NCBI RefSeq assembly: GCF_009914755.1
Contig: NC_060942.1
Length of the DNA: 64,000 nucleotides
Source of the DNA: the human T2T-CHM13v2.0 reference genome, Homo sapiens
Direction: 5' to 3' (one strand)
The translations under genes were made by a program, and so were the position numbers. The notes under the pieces are model-generated. The model made no database searches, was not told where the DNA came from, and saw only the letters and a list, made by a program, of their open reading frames with translations. Positions 24,811 through 34,665 of the stretch are shown here, piece by piece (the first letter of the stretch is position 1; every line of letters starts with the position of its first letter).

Positions 24811-26234
24811 TACTCTCTGAAGTAATGGATTTTCCTTTCTTGTTCTCATTCTTTCTCTTTCTTGCATCCTTTCACTTTCTCTCACCTTTATTTTCTCCCT
24901 GTTACCCTTCCAGCATGCAGATTTGATTTGTCAAGACACATCTCTTGTTCTGTGTGACTCCCAGGGACCCAGATGCCTCAGTGTCTTCTGCTATCCTCAG
25001 AATCTATGGCACTCCATTCTTGCCTTGGCTGGGAAAGGCAACACTCCATATTTTCATTCCCATTGATTGCCTCTGGGCTACCCAGCTATCTTGAAAAAAA
25101 TCTGACAATATAATCCAAGAAAAAATGTGAGGGACAATGTAGTACTAACCCTCCAGGGGAGTTTGTTTTTTCATAAGGAACTATTTGTCTAGGGAGATAA
25201 AGAGTGATCCCTTAAAGGCAAAATTTTAGGCTGCAGCAGGCCAATGGGTTATGTTCAAGAAGCAGTAGCCAGGGGGTTGCTTACAAGCACCCCTCCACCA
25301 TCTAGCCCAGGCTTGGCCCTATAAGAAACTGTTGTGGTTTCTTATATTAATGAGCCAGCGTCATGGGGGTCAGCTTAGAGGGAAGGATGACAAATTGCTG
25401 TCCTCTTCTGATTTCATTTGTTGTCAAAAGCCCTTTGATCCGTGACTGCTTAGTAGAGACCGAATTGCATCAAACACAATAAGAGCTGGACAGACAGCCA
25501 GCATCCCTGGGAAGCACATCAGGCCAGGCAGCCACCTGCCTTGCAAGCTGTTGGGGTGCTGGCAATTGCCTCCCCTCCCTTGGAAATATTTCCACCAACT
25601 GCCACATCCATTGCTTCATATCCTAAACAGTACAGGCTCTAGAGTGTTGCTTCTGGGAAGTAATCAGGGGAAAAAGAGGAGCACACAGTAGGTGCCAGTG
25701 TTAACTTTTATGGCTTATTAATTCGATCTATTTTCAAGTAATCAATGATAAACTGCTCTGTTGATGTTGCTAGCAGGAAGGAAAAGAAAAAAACATTCAC
25801 TGAAAGAAGGTGTAGTAACTGCAGTTTTAGAATGTAAGGGGAAAAACTAAATTCATTCATGTAGACCAGCCCTGCAACCCCAGAGGAAGATGACTTATTG
25901 CAGAGGTGATTTTGCCAGCTTTACTACAAACATCTTGGCTATGTGTATATTCTTGGAATGTGAAATAAAGACTCCAGTGAATAATGAATCAGTTTTATCC
26001 ACATTTTTAGCCCAGGCTGACTTCTTTGCAAATAGGCAGTAAATTATCTGTTTTCCATGGCTCAAGATTTGTGATCACACAATGGCAATTTGAAACTTTC
26101 TACCAATGTGATGGGAGTCCCTGTTGGTGCTGTGCCTCTCCAGGGTGACTTCAGCTGCCTGCTTACCTAGAGACTCCCAGGCAGTTCCATTTCAATAGAT
26201 ACAGATGTCTACTGCTTAAATGCTTAATGACATA

Positions 26235-26420
26235 AGAGAAGGCCATATGAAGATGGAGGCAGAGATTGGAGTAGCATAGCTCTAAGCCAAGGAACTTTTG
26301 ATGCTACCAGAAGTTATAAGAGGCAAGAAAGAATTTACCCCCGGAGATTTCAGAAGGAGAGCTGCCCTGCTAACAACAAGATTTTGGACTTTTGGTTTCC
26401 AGGACTATGTAAGGAAAGGT
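26235..26420 (+). mobile_element. MLT1C/D-like MaLR LTR fragment
   Basis: 'gaaggccatatgaagatggaggcagagattggagt...aagccaaggaac...ccagaagttataagaggcaag...gattttggacttttggtttccaggactatg'. Confidence 0.75.
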
Positions 26421-26899
26421 ATATGAGTGAGAAGCAGCTAGCATATCCCATCTGAAACATCTTGTCAAAATTCGTTTCCAATATGGCTTGGCATGGCACT
26501 GCTACTGATCCCTCCAACATCCCCAGGAGGAATGGTCTAGACTTGAAAACACTCAGTTGTGTTCCACACAGAATGTCCAGCAAAAGATTTAAAACTAGAC
26601 TTCTGCCACCATGGCACATTTTATAGAGACAGAAACAAACAAACCAAAATTATTGGCAAAAATAAAGCTTCCAAGAATACCCATCACAAAACAGAGCTTC
26701 TTTTAGAAGCCAAAGCAGGCATTCAACAGGAGCTAAAGTTTTTCCGTTTTTAATCTAAGCCCAAGCCACTGGGACTCCCTAAACCTCAGCCCCAAATCCT
26801 CCAAAGAAAAAGACAGTAATTCTCCTATTTGAAAAAATATATATAAAAATATATTTTTAAAGAAAAAAATTGAGGAATAGGTAAAACAGACCATACTAA

Positions 26900-29398
26900 A
26901 TGGATAGGGAAGGGCTTTTGGCTGAGTGGAAACAGATGCAATGATACAGAGCAGAGGACAGTACTCATGGCAGCCTATGGGACCTAGCACCCTGGGCATT
27001 GTCCAGGTGGGGCTTGATGGAACACACTGGCTCACTGCAAGATGTGGAGGGAGGAGGCCTCAGACACAGTTGGCAACTGTGGAGACTAACACTGATCCAG
27101 TTTGTTTCCGGGGAACTTGCCGACTTTTCTCTTTTCTCCTGGGACAAATCCACTGTAACCAATGACTCATCCTTTGCTGGGGTTAACTTTTTTGAGGAGC
27201 CTATCCCTTTTGGAATAGTGACACAGTGTCTTGGTCAATAGCATCCCTCTTGGTCCCCCATCCAGGACAGGGTGGATCATCATCTCTCTAGCAAGGGAAG
27301 TTCCCAACATTGCATTCTCTTTTGGATTGAAGTCTCTGATTGGAGATTGCGTACTCTTTTCTAAACTTGGGTCTAAATTGATGTTCTAGCCCCACTGTGG
27401 AGCCTGAACCTTAAAATTCCTGTACTCCTCCCACACCAGATCACTCCCTCTGTCCTCCAGGTAGATGTAGTACACCTGGAAATGTACATATCTCTTCTTT
27501 ACACACTCTGGGCCTGGGGCTCAGAGTCCTCAAAAGACAAAATATCTGGGTCAGGGGTTCTTCAGAGGTGCAGCCATGGCCTTCTGTTCCTCCCTTTAAT
27601 TGGAGTTTTGATTCTCCAAGATGGTCTTTCAGACATGATTCCCCTAGATCTTGCCCTCCCAAAATTCTTAGTGATATAGGAAATAAGTACTGGACCTTCC
27701 AGACTATTTGCTTTTCTATGTTGAGTTTGAGAACTCCCAATGCCACTGGCCCTCAGGTTTTCTCTTAATTTGCATTTGCAAGCAGTAGACTTGCATCTTG
27801 ATGGTTTTCCTGTACAATTGGTCTGGTTTTCCTTCAAAGCTCAGGAAGGTATAAGGAGCTGGGGCATCCTGCTCACCAGCAAGTAATTCTAAGGCTTTTT
27901 TAGAATTCAGTTCATAGTCCTGCTTCAATTGTTTGGAAATGACCTCTCCTGCTTTTATTTATCTAACCACATCGGAATATCCATTCTCTTTTTGACTCAT
28001 ATATCCAGGAGCATCTGTATGGTAAGCTTAAGATAATAAAGAAGCCATTAGCCTCCTTCAAACCTCATTGCAGGGTATCTCAAAAGAGAGGCCAGTGGGC
28101 AATACAAGGAAAGACAGCCTTTGTGAAAAACCCAACGCAGGAAGATGAACAGAACAATCTCTCACCAGACAAGCACCTCTAGTAGGAGGCTGAAATAGCA
28201 AGTGATGAAATTCCCAGGTGTAAGAATGTTGGAAAAGAAGAGGCCAACACTCTGAAGACGAGCTCTCTGAGACTGTACACAACAGAAAGGGAAGCAAGTC
28301 AGATTGAGTCAGCATTATGATGGTCTGTGCTGTATTGAAGTAGAGAGATCAGTAGTGGATGATGGGAGCAAGTGACCAGTAGGGTCCCTGGATAAGCCAA
28401 GTCTGATGAGGGATTTCCTGAGAGGTTATGGGGTCAGGTGAGGACATTCTTCCCTTGACTGCATTGACCTTGAAAGAATGAGGGTCTGGGATTCAGTTAT
28501 CACTCTCATCTCTTTACACAAACTGGAGACCATCATTATTCATGAATAATATGACTTTCTAGCTTGAATGTGAGACTGTTTCATTCTTCCTATTCTTTCA
28601 CAGAAGGTAAAAATATTTGCTATTGTTAATTATTCAAAAGTCTCAGAAAGAAGGGCTTTCTGCTTATGAGCTTCCAAAAATTTTCCAATCAGTGCTGAGG
28701 ACAGGTACAGAATTGCTGATCTTAGGCGCATATATGCTCCATCAGACATAAGTCTGTTCCCTGAGATCAGAGCCGTTTTGAACATCTAATCAGAGGCTTT
28801 CAGAGTCTCAGGCTGGCTCTTAAGAATCATTCCTAAGACACAGCATTGGCCCAGAAACATCAGATAAGAGAAGTAATGAGTTATCATTGCCTGACTCTGT
28901 TCCTCTAGACATATTTTACATTTTATACTCACTCAATAATCATTCCAGGGACAGAGAATCACAGGGTTTGGGACTCTATCCTCTACCCTGGAGTCTTCTA
29001 TCACTCCCAGGTAAATTGATTTATGAGTTTTGGATAGAAAACCTCTGTCCTCACCCTGTTCTCCAGAAGGAAAATGTTCTAATCTTTCCCAACAGGGTCC
29101 ACCTCAGATGTCTGCTGCAGTAATACAATTGACTGAGTTAAGTGGGAAAAGGAATAAGAAAAACACCAGCCCATCTACACTAGGGGGTTGGATCTAGGAT
29201 TCCCTCACCTTATTTATTTCTGTGTTTTTTCACAAATGGATTTATCCAGAGGGAGTGAAGAAAAAGAAGGAAGAGCCCCCTATCACACAGGAAGAAAAGG
29301 ATAGATAAAATGACCCATTAGGTTGCACTTGAGCTCATCCATGGAACTCCATGGCTGTTCAGAAAACAGAGATCTGTCTCCATTATCAAAAGGGCCTG
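26900..29398 (-). pseudogene. SPATA31: Unprocessed SPATA31 (FAM75/FAM205)-family pseudogene: exon 1, intron remnant and internally deleted large terminal exon
   Basis: Exon 1 (ATG at 29383) reads METDLCFLNSHGVPWMSSSAT*WVILSILFFLCDRGLFLLFLHSLWINP (recalled SPATA31D1 MENILCFLNS...GLGLFILYL) and ends at an AG|GTGAGG donor (29209/29208). The terminal exon gives VKKRMDIPMW and KQLKQDYELNS...EQDAPAPYTFLSFEGK (SPATA31D VKKRGDFLMW, KQLRPNYQLNS...HDLAESFPFWASKGK), then QVYYIYLEDRG, NAMLGTS, QQRMSHWLQWI and HEYCPLLCII (family QVLHVHLEDSG, DAGLGTS, KWMKTSLQWF, HHCPRHCLL). Multiple stops and frameshifts. Confidence 0.85.
29209..29383 (-). pseudogene. SPATA31: SPATA31-like exon 1 coding remnant (N-terminal hydrophobic segment)
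   Basis: 175 nt from ATG to GT donor; in-frame TAA after codon 21; hydrophobic run WVILSILFFLCDRGLFLLFL as in SPATA31 N-termini. Confidence 0.85.
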
Positions 29399-31760
29399 TG
29401 ATATGATTTGGCTGTGTCCCCACCCAAGTCTCATCTCTAATTGTAATCCCCAGGTGTCAAGAGAGAGACCTCCAATCCCCAAGCATCCAGGGAGGGAAGC
29501 AGTTGGCTCAATGGTGGGCGGGGATTCCCTCATGCTGTTCTCATGATAGTGAGGGAGTTCTCATGAGATCTGAAGGTTTAAAGGTGACACTTTTCCCTGT
29601 ACTCTGTCTCTTCTGACACCTTGTGAAGACATGCCTTTCTTCCCCATCACCTTCTGCCATTACTAAAAGTTTCCTGAGGCCACCTCAGCCATGCAGAACT
29701 CTGAGTCAACTAAACCTCTTTTCTTTATAAATTACCCAGTCTCAGATAGTATCGTTATAGCAGCATGAGAACAGACTGACAGAATTGGTATCAGCAGAGT
29801 GGGGTACTGCTGTAAATATAACCTGAAAATGTGGAAGCTGCTTTGGAACTGGGTAACAGGCAAAGGTTGGAAAAGTTTGGAGGGCTCAAAGGAAGACACG
29901 AAGATGTGGGAAAGTTTGAAACTTCCTAGAGACTTGTTGAATGGTTTACACCAAAATGATAGTGATATTGACAATGACGTCCAGGCTGAGGTGGTCTCAG
30001 ATGGACATGAATAACTCATGGGGAACTGGAGTAAAGGTTACTCTTACTGTGCTTAACAGAGACTGGTGCCATTTTGCCTCTGCCCTAGAGATCTGTGGAA
30101 CTTTAAACTTGAGAGATGATTTAGCGTATCTGACTGAAGACATTTCTAAGCAGCAAAGTGTTCAAGAGGTGACCTGGCTTTTTCTGAAAGTGATCAGTCA
30201 TATGTGTTCACAAAGAGATGGTCTGAAATTGGAACTTATGTTTAAAAGGGAAGCAGGGCATAAAATTTGGGAAAATTTGCAACTGGACCATGTGGTGGAA
30301 AAGAAAAACCTATTTTCTGAGGAGGAATTCAAGCCAACTACAGAAATTTACATAAGTAATGAGGAGCCAAATGTCAATCCCCAAGACAATGGGAAAAATG
30401 TCTCCAGAGCATGTCAGAGATCTTCATGGCAGCCCATCCCATCACAGGCCTGGAGACCTGGGAAGGAAAAATGGTTTCGTGGACTGCCCCCAGGGCCCTG
30501 CTGCTCTGTACAGCCTCAGACCTTGGTGCATTGCATCCCAGCTGCTCCAGCTCCAGCTAAAAGAGGCCAATGTACAGCTCAGGCTGTGGCTTCAGAGGGT
30601 GCACACCCCAAGCCTTGGCATCTTCCATGTGGTGTTGGGTCTATGTGTGCACAGAAGACAAGAGTTGAGGTTTAGGGACCTTTGCCTAGATTTCAGAGGA
30701 TGTATAGAAACACCTAGATATCCAGACAGAAGTCTGCTGCCAGGGTGGAGCCCTCATGGAGAACATCTACCAGGGCAACGGAGAGGGGAAATGTGGTGTT
30801 GGAGCCCCCACACAGAGTCTCCAATGGGGCACTGCCTAGGGCTACCATCCTCCAGACCCCGGAACAGTAACTCCACCAACAGCTTGCACTGTGTGCTTAG
30901 AAAAGCTGCAGGCACTCAATGCCAGCCCACAAAAGCAGCCACAGGGGCTGTACCCTGCAGAGCCACAGGGGCACAGCTCCCCAAGGCTGTGGGAGCCCAC
31001 CCCTTGCATCAGCACACCCTGGATGTGAGACATGGAGTCAAAGGAGATTTGGGAGCTGTAAGATTTAATGACTGCCTGACTAGGTTTCAGACTTGCACGG
31101 AGCCTGTGGCCCCTTTGTTTTGGCCAATTTCTCCCATCTGAAACTGGAACATTTACCCAATGCCTGGCCCCCATTGTACCTTGGAAGTAACTAACTTGTT
31201 TTTTATTTTACAGGCTCATAGATGGAAGGCACTTGCCTTGTCTCAGATAAAACTTTGGACTTGGACTTTCTGGTTAATGCTGGAATGAGTTCAGACTTTG
31301 GAGGAGTGTTGGGAAGGCATGATTGATTTAGAAATGTGAAAAGAACATGAGATTTGGGAAGGGCCAGTGGTGGAATGATATGGTTTAGCTCTGTGTCTCC
31401 ACCCAGACCTCATTTCAAATTGTAATCCCCACATGTTGAGGGAGGGACCTGTAATCTCCACATGTAAATAAAAGGAGGTGATTGGATCATGGGGGCAGTT
31501 TCCCCCATGCTGTTCTCACGATAGTGAAGGAGTTCTCTCAAGAGATGATGGTTTAAAAGTGGCAGTTGCCCCTGTGCTTTCTCTCTCTCCTGCTTCCTTG
31601 TGAACACATGCCTTGCTTCCCTTTCACCTTCCACCATGATTATAAGTCTCCTGAGGCCTCCCCAGTCATGTGGAACTGTGACTCAATTAAACCTCTTTTC
31701 TTTATAAATTACCCAGTCTCAGGGAGTATCTTTATAGCAGTGCAAGTGCAGACTAATACA
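29399..31760 (+). mobile_element. Full-length THE1D MaLR element (5' LTR 29399-~29781, internal ~29782-31375, 3' LTR 31376-31760)
   Basis: Two LTRs 'tgatatg.tttggct.tgtgtc...gactaataca' flank THE1-internal sequence; the 244-aa and 260-aa ORFs lie in the internal region; degenerate 5-bp TSD GCCTG/GTGTG. Confidence 0.93.
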
Positions 31761-31990
31761 GTGTGGCTGCTTTGAGCAGCACTGAGCATTGGGCCCTGAG
31801 CACTGGGCCCTGAACCTGTGTATTTTGGCCTAGAGATTCAGGCTTGCATCAGAGAGCCATGGAACAGTCAACAATGGCTCTCAAGGATGGGGAAGGGGCC
31901 ACAACGTGGAAGTTGAACCTCCCATCCCTGCCTCCACCATCCAGACCCCACAGCACAGACTAGATGGCTAAATCCCTCCATCCTTCTCTG
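31761..31990 (-). promoter_or_regulatory. Probable 5'UTR and proximal promoter of the SPATA31-like pseudogene, displaced by THE1D
   Basis: Removing THE1D joins minus-strand 'cccaatgctcagtgctgctcaaagcagc...ggcccttttgataATGGAG', which resembles the recalled SPATA31 5'UTR; not verified by alignment. Confidence 0.5.
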
Positions 31991-32789
31991 GGCTTTGCTA
32001 CTTTCCAACTCCAAATTTATGGTATGTCTTATATATAGTTTAGTGCAATTTTACAGTATGCAAATACAAATCAGCCAGCTTTACCTTTTGTTATTCTCAG
32101 CTCGGATGTCACTAATTCTGCAGCCCTCCAAGTTTGAAGTTGGCCCATGGATTTTTGCTAACTCTCAGATCTTTAGGCTTTTCAGGATTTCCTGTGTCCT
32201 CAAACTCAGCTTTCCTACATAATCTGGTCTTGCATTGTATTATCCCAGGCATAGAACTCAGCTTCCCATTTCAAGTTTCTGCAAAGGAATCCACTTTCAC
32301 AAAAAAACAAGAGTGAGCAATGCAGCCTGATAAAGCCACTATACGGGGGACAGAGTGGGAAATCGGTGATAGCACATCTCATGGGCAAACAATGTGATAA
32401 TTTAAATTTAGTAATATTTGTATCTTTTGGGCTGCTCTGTCTCTGAGGCATCTCAAGTCTCTCCTCTCTGCCCAGGTATTGGCCCACCTTGCTGGTCCCT
32501 TTCTTCCAGGTCCCCATAACTTTATTCATAATTGTACAGAATAGTTCAGCTCTTCTAAGTTTCTACCCTAACTTACCCACCTAAACCCAGCTGTATTTGA
32601 AGCCTGAGTGAGGCCTTCACTTTTAGGGCAGCTAGAGTTCTAAGAAACAATACACTTGCTGTTTTTTAAATTACACCTCTGGTCACTTACCTGTGAAAGC
32701 TTTTCTGATTTTTACATTGTATTTCCTGAGTTTTTGCCAAAATTCCTACTGGTCTCTCAATAACTACTAAAAACAATTAGTAAGCTTTT

Positions 32790-32843
32790 ACATATACACA
32801 TATATACATATGTATATATGTGTGTGTATGTGTGTGTGTGTGT
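32790..32843. repeat. (TA)/(TG) microsatellite
   Basis: catatacacatatatacatatgtatatatgtgtgtgtatgtgtgtgtgtgtgt. Confidence 0.85.
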
Positions 32844-32857
32844 CTCAGATATGTATA

Positions 32858-33305
32858 CAGGTGACTCTTAAACAACATGTGTTAAATTGCATGGGTCCAC
32901 AAATTTTCTTGCAGATTTTCTTCCATCTGTGCCATCCCTGAGACTGCAAGCTCAACCCCTCCTTTTCCTCCTCCTCCTCAATCTACTCAACATGAAGATG
33001 AGAAGGATAAAGACCTTTATGTTGATCCACTTCCACTTAATAGTAAATCTATTTTCTATTTCTTATGATTTTTTAAATAATATTTTCTTTTCTCTAGCTT
33101 ACTTGATCATATGAATACTTCAGTATACAATCAGTATAACATACCAAATATGTGGTAATTGAATATGTTATCAGTAAGGCTTCTGGTCAACAGTAGGCTA
33201 TCAGTAGTTAAGCTTTTGGTGAGTCAAAATTATTTGTGGATTTTTAACTGCATGGGGGCAGGGTAGCCAGTGCTCCTAACTCTCGTGTTGTCCAAGGCTC
33301 TACTT
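32858..33305 (+). mobile_element. Tigger2a (MER28-like) TcMar MITE
   Basis: TIR-like ends 'caggtgactcttaaacaac' / 'gttgtccaaggctctactt' flanked by TA; internal 'aagacctttatgttgatccacttccacttaat', 'aaggcttctggtcaacagtaggctat'. Confidence 0.85.
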
Positions 33306-33479
33306 TATATATCTACAGATAATATTTGTCTTCCTATGTTCAGTGGGCATATAACAGAGTTGTAGTACTGACAGATTCATTATTAAGATTCTAAGTTGTG
33401 TAAATCAAGCACTGTATCATTCTCTTACTTTGATTTTTCTCATGTTTTCTCTACTAATGAATCAGCCTTGACAGAGAAC

Positions 33480-34520
33480 ACAGCAAACTAGTTTATGTAG
33501 AAAAAAACTATGCATCCATAACAAGAAGATACCTAAGATACCTAAAACAAAAGTGTTAGGGGGAAAAAAACTAGCCCATCAGAGAGAAAATATAATAACA
33601 ACCTTAGCACAAGTAGGTGGATACCAATACAGGGCTAGACAGGAAAATAAATGAAACAGAATAGAGTCCAGAATTGATGTAAATGCTCATGGGAATTTTG
33701 TCTTTGATACAGGAGGAGGTGTTTCAAATAACTGAGGAGAAAGCTGCAGTCAATATATTGTGTTGAGACAAATGGGTAGCTAGGAAGAAATAGATTTCCA
33801 GAATAATAGGATATGAGAAGCTGAGATGTTTGTTCAACAGCACGTGGATGTGGGCCTCACTGTTCTCTCCCAGGTGATAATATGGGTCTGCTGACAGAGA
33901 GCTTCTACAGCATAACTGGATGTTTCTATATATTTCAATAAATAAAAACGCCTAGTTGGGATGGATGTGTGTGTGTGTGTGTGTGTGCGTGTGTGTTGTG
34001 TGTGTGTTGTATGTTATTATATGCATTTCTCTGGAGGGATCATACACAGCAAGTCAAAAAGGGTTGTGGCATGGCACTATCTAAGCATTCCTGATTCAGC
34101 ATGCCCTGCCGTTGAGAGAAACAAATGTTTCACAGCTCCTGGACATCATTCAAGACTCTGAAAGCCAAGGGATGTGCCTGTGAGCAGCCCTGTGTCTCCT
34201 CCTGTCCCGGGTAGCTAACTCTCTTCTGAAAATACTGTGTGGGCTTCTCTGTTTATGTGCTGTTTTTTCCCATTAATCTGTGGTCTACCTGAAAAGCTGC
34301 AGAATCCAGCTATAGAATAACTACATCAGGCCTCTCTTTCTTCCAAAAAAATAAGTATCAGCAAAATTAAAGATTTAAATACCAAAACAGAAAATTGTAA
34401 AAGCATAAGATGATTTTTTTCATACTAATGTCAGAGTTGAAAACTTCTGTAAGAATGGCTCAAAGCCATCAACAATACTGATTGACAAACTCAAATACAT
34501 GAGTTTTAACAGACTCATTT
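33480..34520 (+). mobile_element. Old L1ME-like ORF2 3' fragments (33480-33790 and 34330-34520) separated by about 540 bp of unassigned sequence
   Basis: 'atgaaacagaatagagtccagaa...gtcaatatattgtgttgagacaaatgggtagc' and 'aattaaagatttaaatacc...gattgacaaactcaaatacat'. Confidence 0.5.
33965..34012. repeat. (GT)n microsatellite
   Basis: gtgtgtgtgtgtgtgtgtgtgcgtgtgtgttgtgtgtgttgt. Confidence 0.9.
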
Positions 34521-34665
34521 GTAAAAATGTTGGCCATTTTGTGAATGCAAATTTTCCCCTGGGAGTGAGGGTGGGAGTTTCAGTGCTAGTCACTATTCTC
34601 CATTAACAGAGACTTGATGTGTATTTTTACTGGTGAGTTAATCCATGGCATATAAAGGGACCAGG

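Noticed and set aside
29941-31141. Longest ORFs in the window (244 aa and 260 aa)
   Set aside because: They lie wholly within THE1D internal sequence; MaLR remnant, not a host gene
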